DNA of 64,000 nt from a virus: IMG/VR virus record IMGVR_UViG_3300028394_000037. One strand, written 5' to 3'. A program made the translations under genes and the position numbers. The notes beneath the pieces were generated by a model. That model saw nothing but the letters and a program-made list of their open reading frames with translations, did no database searches and had not been told where the DNA came from. The stretch's first letter is position 1. Every line of letters starts with the position of its first letter. This document shows positions 10,482 to 19,976 of the stretch, one piece after another.

Positions 10482-11143
10482 TAAGCGTCAATCTCCGTAA
10501 CTAATCTTTCAACATCTTGTCTTGTACCAAAGATATGATAAAAACAATTAATAGGAATACCAGGTTTTGCTTGAAGATAAACTTTATTATCTGATATTCT
10601 TTTTACAATAACATCCTGATGAGCTCCGATTGGAGTCAGTGATACAGTAATTGTAGTTGAATCTACTAATTTTGTCCAATATTCCGGAAGTTCTATTTCT
10701 GTACGGTTCAAAACTCTTCCACGAACATATACTGCATTTTCTGGACCTTCTAAACAGGTATGAACTAATTGCTTTCCTTGTTTTGTTGGGTGATTAATTA
10801 CAAAGTTTTTAATTTGTGCTTGTAATATTCTTGTTCTTACAATATCTGCTTCAACAAACTTTGTCTTAATAAGTTCATCTACTCTTACAAACTTCTCAAA
10901 TCTTGCAGTTAATTTACACCACAAAGAATATAATGGTGCAGTTTTTACATCCTCATTTGCTGTAATTCCGATCATCAACGTTGCTTTATTTTCTGCAAAT
11001 TGTTGTGCTGCACCAACTTGCAATGGTCCTTCTACATACGCAGATCCACGAACTTTTTCATCACCCAATCCAAGAGCAGTTGGAGTTCCTGCACCAACCA
11101 TAAGTTGCCCACCAGAAGCAACATCATCAAATAACATTGACAT
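10481..11143 (-). CDS. Tail/spike-associated protein, paralogous C-terminal domain
   Basis: KNFVINHPTK.GKQLVHTCLEGPENAVYVRG..LPEYW motif shared with 9786..10481. Confidence 0.55.
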   Translation of the reverse strand: MSMLFDDVASGGQLMVGAGTPTALGLGDEKVRGSAYVEGPLQVGAAQQFAENKATLMIGITANEDVKTAPLYSLWCKLTARFEKFVRVDELIKTKFVEADIVRTRILQAQIKNFVINHPTKQGKQLVHTCLEGPENAVYVRGRVLNRTEIELPEYWTKLVDSTTITVSLTPIGAHQDVIVKRISDNKVYLQAKPGIPINCFYHIFGTRQDVERLVTEIDA

Positions 11144-11145
11144 TT

Positions 11146-11763
11146 TTAATCCTCCACTTGATTATTTTCATTGCAGACATCTTGCCCGCCAACTTTAGAA
11201 TCCCTAGTTTTAACTGCATCAGTCACACCACGAATTATAGAACTATAAATTTTCATTGAAGAATTTGCAACTATTTCTGCAGTTCCGGTTGTTACTAATT
11301 TATAATGTGCTGTTCCCTCAATGAATACTTTTTTACCTTTAACGATAGTAGATTCTGATGAGGTTATACGAATGTTACCCTTATCACCACCTTCACCAAC
11401 AGCAACTAAATCAATATTAACTCCCTCAAGACGAATATTACCTTTATCTGCCTTAATAATTATATTACCATTTACTGCATTTATAAGTAAAGTATCTTCT
11501 GCTTGTGCAGAATCCATTCCACATTTAATTTGAAATCTACCAGGACTTGTGGATGTTGTGGTTCCTTTTCTTTGACCGTTTTTATCCAAAACAATTGAGT
11601 GTCTTCCATCAGTTGCCTGAAGTAAAACATCTGCAGTTACAGCTCCATCTTTATGTATATGACCAAAAGATATTGAACCGTGATCATTTCCAAATCTGAT
11701 TCCAGTATAAGTACTATCTGCAGTTGACCCAGGCGTATTTTTTGTATTGATAGGTGTTGGCAT
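11146..11763 (-). CDS. Probable baseplate spike (gp5 C-terminal beta-helix-like) protein
   Basis: Short beta-repeat pattern (INAVNGNIIIKADKGNIRLEG.NI); position downstream of gp5. Confidence 0.45.
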   Translation of the reverse strand: MPTPINTKNTPGSTADSTYTGIRFGNDHGSISFGHIHKDGAVTADVLLQATDGRHSIVLDKNGQRKGTTTSTSPGRFQIKCGMDSAQAEDTLLINAVNGNIIIKADKGNIRLEGVNIDLVAVGEGGDKGNIRITSSESTIVKGKKVFIEGTAHYKLVTTGTAEIVANSSMKIYSSIIRGVTDAVKTRDSKVGGQDVCNENNQVED

Positions 11764-11765
11764 AG

Positions 11766-14700
11766 TTATTGTAGAGTTCCCGGAATGTTGAGTTTTGGAT
11801 CATTAGCAGTAACATCAGTACCAACTCTTTGAATTGCACTTGGAGGTGTTGTTACTTGAGCAGTAATACTTTCTTGAAGAGTATCATATACACGAATTGG
11901 TTCTCCAATCGTTTTATAATATCCAGCATATTTAGCACCCTGATCATAGAACACTGAACCATAATATGCTCTACCATCAACATATCCAGTTTGTTTCAAT
12001 CCAACCAAATCAGTAACCTGAAGAAGTTTTTGTCTTTCTCCGGTTAATGCAGGATCTAATGGATCTCTAATCACTTTAAATACCGGAGTGAAGGATGCAT
12101 TTATTCCTGTTTTAGATGGAAGAGTAATTCTTGGATATACTGAAAAACAAGTTCCTTCACTTACTATCTTCACTTCCTTTATTTTACCAAATGGATCACA
12201 TATGTAATCCAATACTACTCCATTATCAGGTACTATACTAAGTTTGTCAACTCCACATTCATAATTAATTCCAGGATCATCTATAATAACACTTTCCAAA
12301 ATTAAGCATACCGGATATCCCGAAACTTGTGGTCCTGGTGTTGGAGGTGGTGGTGTTGGTGTTGGAGGTGGTGGTGTTGGTGTTGGAGGTGGTGGTGTTG
12401 GTGTAGGAGTAGGTGTTGGAAATGGAGTTAATGATCCGCAACGTACAAAACTTCCAATAGGAGCACTTGCATTTAATGTCATAATAATATTACCATCAGT
12501 ATCAAGAATTACCAAATCATTATCCGATAATTTTGTTAATGGTGGTATTAATTCAGATCCTACATAAACTGTTCCTGATTTAGATGATATTGGACCATAT
12601 ATTCTTCCACCATCCAAATCATATACTTTACTTGCATTTATAGTTATGTTATTATTGCCATCTTTTACTTCAAATGAATCTGCTGGTGATGATATTTTTA
12701 TGTCTATTGATTGTTTTCCAGTTTTCTTAGTTAGATCCAAATAAATTCCTGGACCAGTATATCCTTTAGTTGATGTACTACAGATAGGATTTGGCCCTGG
12801 AGGTGGTGGTATTGGAGTAGTTTGTTCACATTTACCAGTAGTTGAATTAAGAGTATATCCAGGATTACATTCACATTTTTGTGTTACCAAATTATATGTT
12901 GCATTTGGATCTTTACAATTTTTAATAGAAGGAGTATTACCTTGAGCAGCAGGAATTACTTTAGATACAACACCCTTACCACTAATTTTCTTGGGACAGG
13001 GTGGAGAAATTAAAACTGCAGAAATCGCAACAGGATTTTGTTGCCAAGAAAAAGCATCCGCTTCTATGACGGAAGTTTGCTTTGTAATTTCAAGAGCAAC
13101 ACCAGATGGATTTACTGCGAATATATCAGATGCAACTTTAGTATTTGTAAGAGTTATTACAAGATCATAAGTCCCTTTAGTTATATTTGCAATATCTTCA
13201 ATAGGATCTCCAACAAAATCCGTTGTTGTTCTTATATCTACTCCATTAATTGTAAATGATGCAATATTATCTCCTTGCATTTTTACCTTATAGGAACCGT
13301 CCTCTGGAAAAGTTACATTTCTCCACGTAAGAGTGAATGTTCCAGTAATTGCTGCATTTGGAGAATTGACATCCCCCAGATATGGAGATACGGAATACTT
13401 ATTCATATAATCACTCCATCTCTTATCATTCCAATGAACTAATGGAATTCCCTCATATGTTATTTTATCCTTTTGTGTTATAAAATTACTATTTGTTTGT
13501 TGTGGTGAAGTTGGTATAACAGTAGGGGCATAAAAAGCAGTTCCTTCTCTTTGGAATCCTAATGCAGCCAAAGATGGCATTTCATTCGTATCCAATGTAA
13601 GAAAATGTTCTCCTGTTCCGAGACGAAAATACCTAATCACCTCAGATCTATCTACTCCTGGAGTATCATATGCTGCTCCAACAACACCCTCAAAGTTATA
13701 CCCTATAGCAACTGCATTATCTTTTTCAGGTATGCTGGTTGTATATAAGTGATCTCCAGTAGGTCCATGAAATAAACGATATACGGGTACAGTTCCCGAT
13801 ACTTGATTAATATCTTTAAATAACTTAAAGGCAAGACCTTCTTCATTTAGATTGTTTTGTTCTATAAATTCTGTTGTTGGATTTGAAGTATAGAAATGTT
13901 GACTTTGTGCTGGTCCACCAAAATCAAAGGTAAAAAACCTTCTCATATCAACAGTTTCTACTGGTTTAGATATTATTGGAATACTAGACTGCCAATCCAA
14001 AGTACTAAAAATCTTAAGATCAATAGTAGATTTTTTATCAATTGGTGAATTGGTAACTTCAGTTGTAATTTTATGTTTTCCTTTTGTAAGAAATATTTTT
14101 GATGAACCTGGATTTTCTACATTAAATCCTTCAGCATTATGAACTTCTTTTCCATCAATAAGTATTCTTCCACTATTATCTGCAGTTGCCTTAACAGCAT
14201 AATATCCATCATAAGCAATATCTACTTCCCAGTCATTACTATGAGTTACACCTGCAGAATCACTTGATGGAGTATCTAATGGAGGAACAGGAGACAATGC
14301 ATACCTGTTCATAAAGTTACTCCAAGGAGAATTTTTAGAGGGGGGCGGAGTAGAAGAATTAGAACTAGGAGTATTAGTTTGCTGTTTGGAAATAATATCT
14401 TTAAGTTTTAGTCCTTCCGCACCGTCTCCACTAATAGTAATAGATCTTCCGCTTCCAGCACCCGGTCTAGTTACCATTTGTCCAGGAGGAACCGAAAGAG
14501 TTGTAAAAAAATCTCCTTGTGCATCTTTTCCATAATATATTTCTGTTGCCCCACCAAGGATTGGTAATGGTTTATCCAAAACTATTTTTGTATCAGGAAC
14601 TAATGTTAATGGAGGTATAGGAGCAGGAGTAGTGATAGCAGGAGTAGGTGGAGTATATCCTACAGGATAATATCTTACAGGATACCAAGATTTTTTTGCA

Positions 14701-16847
14701 GGAAACCGAGTAGACCAAATTGGATTTGGAGGACATCTACCACTCTGAACTTTTGGTTTTTCTTGAGGAACTGGTGCAGGAGGAGCATCAATAGTTAATG
14801 ACACACCCATTGGATTTTCATTCCAAGATTTACTTGATATAATAGTTCCTGAATTAACTTCTGATGAAGAAAATATTCTTTTAAAAGATCCAGAACTAAC
14901 CTGCAATACCACATTATCCCAACCTTGGTATCCCTCATCAACTATAAAACTCTTATTATCTCCAGATGGAGTTTCATCCCCAGTATAAGAAGATATGCTA
15001 TTATTATAGATTGGAGTAATTACAGAAGCAGTACAAGGACCATAAATTTTTCCACCACTTATAGTATATGATTTTGTACTTGGTGTGGATATAGCACTGG
15101 ATAGTTTTGATATATTACTATCAACATTTGGTATAGAAATCATATAATCTAAACCAGATCTCCCGCTGACGGTTATTGTAACATTTTGATCTCCAGTATA
15201 TGAACTCAAATCTAAATAAATTCCTGGACCATTAAAACCAGTTACCGCACTTGGGGCAGATACTTGAGAAGATGTTGAACCACCAAGTATTGGTATGGTG
15301 ATTGGTGCATAAAAAGCAGTTAATTCTCTTTGAAATCCTAATGGCGACAAAAATTGCATTTCATTAGTATCTAATGTAAGAAAATGTTCTCCAGTTCCAG
15401 GACGAAAATATCTAACTACTTCAGCTCTATCTACTCCTGGAGTATCATATGCTGCTCCAACAATACCTTCAAAGTTATACCCTGCAGCAACTGCATTATC
15501 TCTTTCAACTATACTTGCCACATAAAGATGATCTCCAGTAGGTCCATAAAACAAACGATATACTGGTACAGTTCCAGGAACTTGATTGGTATCTTTAAAT
15601 AACTTAAAGGCAAGAACTTCTTCATATAGATTGTTTTCTGCTATAAATTCTGTTGATGGATTTGAAGTATAGAAATGTTGACTTTGTGCTGGTCCACCAA
15701 AATCAAAGGTAAAAAACCTTCTCATATCAACAGTTTCTGCATATTTAACTACAGGTGGTGGTGTTACAATTGGAGCATAAATTGGAACATTCAATAAATT
15801 TATATAAATTTTATGCTTACCTGCTTTATATGTTTTTTTGATTGGAGTTGGCACATCTAAAAATTGATTTAGATCTGCAATAAATTGATTGTCAATAAAA
15901 ACTTTTGCAACATTATCACACAATCCACGAATGATATATTCTCCATCATAAGGAAAATCAACTTCCCATTCAAACACAAATAACTTTCCAGAATTATCAG
16001 TACCGGGAACATTAGATGGTGGAACTGGAGATATTGCATATGTATTGGTAAATGGATTCCACGCAGGATGTGAAACCAGATATGTTTGATTATATAAAGT
16101 AGATCCGTAACTAATCTTTAAAGGTTTTTTCTTTCTTGTAGTCCAAAATGGATTAGATGCTGTAGATAATGATTTCTGATATTTGTCAATTTCATATGCA
16201 ATTGGATCTGCACCAATTCCAGTATATGCCTCTGGTTGCCAAGGCCCTAAATCTTCTCCATTAGGTCCCCAATTTCTGCCAAATCCAACAGTTGTATCAG
16301 GACATATTTCATAATCTTCAAAGTCTGCTTCTTTATCATATGTTTCATACGATTCTGTAACTTCACCTAAAACAGCAACTAATACTGCACCATTTGTATT
16401 ATTGCAAGGATCATTTAAATCAACCAGAGGTGGATATTGATATCCGTGCCCGCCTCTAATAAGATCTACAGCAAGTACTGCCCCATCAACACCTATAATA
16501 GGATTACCTGCTGCACCAATTCCACCACCACCAAAAAATTGAACTTTAGGCGCACCGCAAGGTTTAACTTGTTGCAATCCACCACAATCAGTCTCAGTAG
16601 AAAGAGTATCATTTGGAGTTAATTTATTGACTTCATTAATATTAAGATATCTTATATTGTTATCACCATCCTTAAAAATGAATACTGTTCCAGGATTTTT
16701 TTGAGCATATGCATTTGCTTCACATATAGTATAATCATATTCATATCCAGTAGCACCATCAATAAATCCTACTTTAATCGCAGCAGTAGTTACAGGTGCT
16801 GTTAAATTAAAAAGATCAACTCCACGTACTTTATTTGAATTTGCCAT
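11766..16847 (-). CDS. Large baseplate/virion protein with PA14-like domains, a duplicated DUF5648-like module, an EGF-like Cys cluster and Pro-rich linkers
   Basis: Three 'WEVD..YDG.Y....DN...I.IDG'-like units; two PVYRLF.GPTGDHLY modules; CKDPNATYN...CECNPGY...C. Confidence 0.65.
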   Translation of the reverse strand: MANSNKVRGVDLFNLTAPVTTAAIKVGFIDGATGYEYDYTICEANAYAQKNPGTVFIFKDGDNNIRYLNINEVNKLTPNDTLSTETDCGGLQQVKPCGAPKVQFFGGGGIGAAGNPIIGVDGAVLAVDLIRGGHGYQYPPLVDLNDPCNNTNGAVLVAVLGEVTESYETYDKEADFEDYEICPDTTVGFGRNWGPNGEDLGPWQPEAYTGIGADPIAYEIDKYQKSLSTASNPFWTTRKKKPLKISYGSTLYNQTYLVSHPAWNPFTNTYAISPVPPSNVPGTDNSGKLFVFEWEVDFPYDGEYIIRGLCDNVAKVFIDNQFIADLNQFLDVPTPIKKTYKAGKHKIYINLLNVPIYAPIVTPPPVVKYAETVDMRRFFTFDFGGPAQSQHFYTSNPSTEFIAENNLYEEVLAFKLFKDTNQVPGTVPVYRLFYGPTGDHLYVASIVERDNAVAAGYNFEGIVGAAYDTPGVDRAEVVRYFRPGTGEHFLTLDTNEMQFLSPLGFQRELTAFYAPITIPILGGSTSSQVSAPSAVTGFNGPGIYLDLSSYTGDQNVTITVSGRSGLDYMISIPNVDSNISKLSSAISTPSTKSYTISGGKIYGPCTASVITPIYNNSISSYTGDETPSGDNKSFIVDEGYQGWDNVVLQVSSGSFKRIFSSSEVNSGTIISSKSWNENPMGVSLTIDAPPAPVPQEKPKVQSGRCPPNPIWSTRFPAKKSWYPVRYYPVGYTPPTPAITTPAPIPPLTLVPDTKIVLDKPLPILGGATEIYYGKDAQGDFFTTLSVPPGQMVTRPGAGSGRSITISGDGAEGLKLKDIISKQQTNTPSSNSSTPPPSKNSPWSNFMNRYALSPVPPLDTPSSDSAGVTHSNDWEVDIAYDGYYAVKATADNSGRILIDGKEVHNAEGFNVENPGSSKIFLTKGKHKITTEVTNSPIDKKSTIDLKIFSTLDWQSSIPIISKPVETVDMRRFFTFDFGGPAQSQHFYTSNPTTEFIEQNNLNEEGLAFKLFKDINQVSGTVPVYRLFHGPTGDHLYTTSIPEKDNAVAIGYNFEGVVGAAYDTPGVDRSEVIRYFRLGTGEHFLTLDTNEMPSLAALGFQREGTAFYAPTVIPTSPQQTNSNFITQKDKITYEGIPLVHWNDKRWSDYMNKYSVSPYLGDVNSPNAAITGTFTLTWRNVTFPEDGSYKVKMQGDNIASFTINGVDIRTTTDFVGDPIEDIANITKGTYDLVITLTNTKVASDIFAVNPSGVALEITKQTSVIEADAFSWQQNPVAISAVLISPPCPKKISGKGVVSKVIPAAQGNTPSIKNCKDPNATYNLVTQKCECNPGYTLNSTTGKCEQTTPIPPPPGPNPICSTSTKGYTGPGIYLDLTKKTGKQSIDIKISSPADSFEVKDGNNNITINASKVYDLDGGRIYGPISSKSGTVYVGSELIPPLTKLSDNDLVILDTDGNIIMTLNASAPIGSFVRCGSLTPFPTPTPTPTPPPPTPTPPPPTPTPPPPTPGPQVSGYPVCLILESVIIDDPGINYECGVDKLSIVPDNGVVLDYICDPFGKIKEVKIVSEGTCFSVYPRITLPSKTGINASFTPVFKVIRDPLDPALTGERQKLLQVTDLVGLKQTGYVDGRAYYGSVFYDQGAKYAGYYKTIGEPIRVYDTLQESITAQVTTPPSAIQRVGTDVTANDPKLNIPGTLQ
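12338..12420 (-). repeat. 21-bp tandem repeat encoding PTPPPPT
   Basis: ggtgttggaggtggtggtgtt repeated about three times, plus PT dipeptide repeats. Confidence 0.85.
13530..15738 (-). repeat. ~430-bp intragenic direct duplication (13530-13958 and 15309-15738)
   Basis: Near-identical ETVDMRRFFTFDFGGPAQSQHFYTSNP...AFYAP modules with a long stretch identical at DNA level. Confidence 0.85.
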
Positions 16848-16900
16848 ATTTTTTTTATACGTCCTTCAATTCTCTTTTCATATGGAATTAATATTCATAT

Positions 16901-18406
16901 TTATGTGAAATCTTTGGATATAAGTTTTTTCAAATTTTGTATTGGAGTTGCAAATGGTATTTCTAGTTTTAATGGCTTATCAATAAATTCCTGAGTAGAC
17001 TTATCAACTTCAGATACTCTTGGATCATTTGGTGTAGTTGTTGCACCACCTCCTTTTTGTAATGTATAATAATCTGATATTGGACACTCTGGTTTTAAAT
17101 CACAACCAAAAACATTAAATGTAATATTTTCAAAATTTAAAGCAGAACTTATACTACCATTAATTCCACTAATTAATGAACTGACTTGGGATATACCACC
17201 ACTTACCTGAGATAAAGCATTGCCCACTTTATCAATTTCAGATAATGTATCAGAAAGAAATGAATTTGCAATATTTACCGCATTACTAACACCGTCTGTC
17301 ATCTCTTTCATATTCATGGCAATCATTGTTCCGGTTAATGACTCAACAGAACAAAGTGTAGTAAAAGTATATGTATTAGGTGGTGTTTCCTTCGTAGTAT
17401 TTAACATAAATGGATTATTTTTATTGTTTATAGTTTTGTCTTCAAAAAATCCTTGCAATTGAGCACAAAGATTTTGAGTAAGTTTATTGTAAAGACATAC
17501 AATCAATTTAGTAATTGTTTTTTTTATATCAATAAATTGATTTCTTTTATTTGGTGGAATTTTATTTACAGTTGGTGCCAGTGCTTTATTGATTTTCTTC
17601 AAAACGTACTGCATAATCTTATCAAAAATAATCTTAATATATTTTGCAATTTCACAAGCAAAGTTAGCAATCAGTGCTCTAATATCAGATAATATTTGTG
17701 ATGCAGCATCAACATAACTCTTTGCTGCATGGAGTATTTTATTAATCTCATCAGTAAGTTCTTGAATTTTGATTTGTATTGCTTTAAGTGCAGACTTCAT
17801 CATATTGCACGGATTCATCAATACTGTCTTCTTTTGATATAATTCATTACGCTTAATATCAGCAGCACTTTGCTGTTGAACAGCATTTACTCCTTCTAGA
17901 GTTGGTTCAGGATTTGCTGGTGTTGGTCCAATACTTTTTCCTTCATCAGGAACTTTAATAGTTTGATCAGTATATGCACTTGTTGGTGCAAAATTACTTT
18001 GTGTAGTTCCAACTGTTTTTCCTAATACAGTTTGTGCATTATTACCAAGCACTCCCATAATAACTGGAACTTGTGCATCAGAATCATCAAGAAAAAATCC
18101 AAATACAAAATTACCTTGTCTTATATTTGGAGTTTGAGAACTTGTTCCTTGCCCACCCCCAGCCGTAATTGGATACATTACCTGTGCCCAAGGTAATTGA
18201 TCCGAAGGAATTGTTTCTTCTTCTTTATCGTGATATCCTATAATTCTAACTTTATACCTATATCCCCATCCAGGAATTTGATCTGGACTTTCAAATTTTC
18301 CAGGAAGTATATTATCTTTCCAAGTAGAATCCTGAGCGATTTGTCCAATCCACCAATGAAACCCACCTGTTCCCAAAAATCCTGAATTAAATAATGTTCC
18401 TTCCAT
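16901..18406 (-). CDS. gp5: Baseplate hub/spike protein gp5 (N-terminal OB-fold)
   Basis: F.WWIG...RYKVRIIGYH...LPWA.VMYP.TAG....G..VFGFFLD...Q.PVIMG motif. Confidence 0.85.
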   Translation of the reverse strand: MEGTLFNSGFLGTGGFHWWIGQIAQDSTWKDNILPGKFESPDQIPGWGYRYKVRIIGYHDKEEETIPSDQLPWAQVMYPITAGGGQGTSSQTPNIRQGNFVFGFFLDDSDAQVPVIMGVLGNNAQTVLGKTVGTTQSNFAPTSAYTDQTIKVPDEGKSIGPTPANPEPTLEGVNAVQQQSAADIKRNELYQKKTVLMNPCNMMKSALKAIQIKIQELTDEINKILHAAKSYVDAASQILSDIRALIANFACEIAKYIKIIFDKIMQYVLKKINKALAPTVNKIPPNKRNQFIDIKKTITKLIVCLYNKLTQNLCAQLQGFFEDKTINNKNNPFMLNTTKETPPNTYTFTTLCSVESLTGTMIAMNMKEMTDGVSNAVNIANSFLSDTLSEIDKVGNALSQVSGGISQVSSLISGINGSISSALNFENITFNVFGCDLKPECPISDYYTLQKGGGATTTPNDPRVSEVDKSTQEFIDKPLKLEIPFATPIQNLKKLISKDFT

Positions 18407-18624
18407 TAGTTCTCGTATATTCTACATTCTGGTGAATCTGGATTTTCATCACAAAATAATTCTAATGATGATGGAGTTTTAGTTATTTCTGGATTATTTT
18501 TTTGATATCTTTCTAAATTATTCAGTTCATCTTCAAGATGACGAAGACGTTGACTACAAATATCTGAAGTATCAAGTTCTTGTCTAGTATCAAATATATG
18601 TTGTTGAAGAGTTTTAGTGTTCAT
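18406..18624 (-). CDS. cp12: CP12 Calvin-cycle inhibitor (auxiliary metabolic gene)
   Basis: C-terminal LELFCDENPDSPECRIYE CP12 motif; 72 aa. Confidence 0.9.
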   Translation of the reverse strand: MNTKTLQQHIFDTRQELDTSDICSQRLRHLEDELNNLERYQKNNPEITKTPSSLELFCDENPDSPECRIYEN

Positions 18625-19952
18625 ACAGTTGGATTTCCTGTTTTTCCATAAGAATCTCTAACCAAAATCAATTTAGTAAAAGTCCCTGTTGTAGAAATCA
18701 TATGACATAAATGTGATATCATATATATGCCACCAAATTGTTCGCTTTTACTTTTATCGGTATTTGAGGATAGTTCTGGATTATCAACAAAAATAAGATC
18801 TCCTGCGTGTAAACTAAAATCACCAGGAATCGTAATTCTTACTTTAATTGTAAACAGTTGATTATATCGCATTGCTGCTTGATTTAAGATACCATTCGGA
18901 TCAAAATTTTGTTCTTGTGATTTGCTAATTTGTTCTTTAGTATTTCCCGTAGGTAATGTTCCAGTATCAATGAGCATATATGATGTTCTAGTATGCTTAT
19001 TAGGAAACTCATCATTTAAAACTGGAAGTTCTTTTCCTGCAAGTTTTAAATTTTCTTTCGTTAATTCTGCTCTTGGATATTCTACTTTATAATAACAATT
19101 GAATGGATCAAACGTTATAATTTTTGTTGAATATGTGCCTATTTCAAATTTTGATACAACATCAGCAGTATTATCAATATCATACTCAAGAATCTTTCCA
19201 CCATATCCAACCGGAATATTTTGACCTCCAGAATCTGGCGAATCATTATAAATTAAAGACTTTACTGGTTTAGATAAAAATAATTTATCAATTGATTTAT
19301 ATTGAAATCCCTTTGAGGTTTCAAAGAAAAAATATCCCGCAGTATTTCCTTTTGCATTTTGAGTATTTGGTACTGATCTTTTTGATAACCAAGTGCAAAG
19401 ATAAATTGGTTTTTTATTATTTCCTATAAAGTTATAATTATTTAAAGTTTCTTCAATATCAATATTCTTTTTAGTATTTAAACAATTATTATCAGTAAGA
19501 ATATATTTAATATGATCAGAAATCTTACCATTAAATCTAGTTTTTACTCTAATTTGCTCATTTAAAATATATTCTTTTGATACCAAATCTAAAGAAATTA
19601 AAGATCTTCTTGAATCTTGATTTAATGGAGATATTTTATTTACATATAGTGCTAAATCTAATTTATTATCCAAATTATCAGTCATTACCAACTTCATTTT
19701 TTCTTGTCCAACCAAAGGTAAACCTTCAATTACACTCATATACTTACCATTATTTTCAACAGAATTACCAGTATCAGTATAAACACAAGTTACTTTTATT
19801 GTTTGTTGTAAAATACTTTCATAATAATATAACTCAGTTGTTCCATTCGCAATATCTACATTTTGTTTAGTCTTATTTGAGGTAACACTAAACAGATTTA
19901 TATTGGAAGGTTCTGCTAATTTTGAAAATAATTGTTGCTGTTCGTCTGCCAT
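18621..19952 (-). CDS. Baseplate hub protein (gp27-like)
   Basis: YYESIL...D.G....LP..G.E; G.FF.ET..GF..KSID; IPGDFSL.AG; GG.Y.IS.LCH; synteny. Confidence 0.6.
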   Translation of the reverse strand: MADEQQQLFSKLAEPSNINLFSVTSNKTKQNVDIANGTTELYYYESILQQTIKVTCVYTDTGNSVENNGKYMSVIEGLPLVGQEKMKLVMTDNLDNKLDLALYVNKISPLNQDSRRSLISLDLVSKEYILNEQIRVKTRFNGKISDHIKYILTDNNCLNTKKNIDIEETLNNYNFIGNNKKPIYLCTWLSKRSVPNTQNAKGNTAGYFFFETSKGFQYKSIDKLFLSKPVKSLIYNDSPDSGGQNIPVGYGGKILEYDIDNTADVVSKFEIGTYSTKIITFDPFNCYYKVEYPRAELTKENLKLAGKELPVLNDEFPNKHTRTSYMLIDTGTLPTGNTKEQISKSQEQNFDPNGILNQAAMRYNQLFTIKVRITIPGDFSLHAGDLIFVDNPELSSNTDKSKSEQFGGIYMISHLCHMISTTGTFTKLILVRDSYGKTGNPTV

Positions 19953-19976
19953 ATTATTATTTTACTATTTTATTAT

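Noticed and set aside
13530-15738. Duplicated module as a diversity-generating retroelement TR/VR pair
   Set aside because: Both copies are in frame in one gene, differences are not adenine-specific, and no reverse transcriptase is in the window
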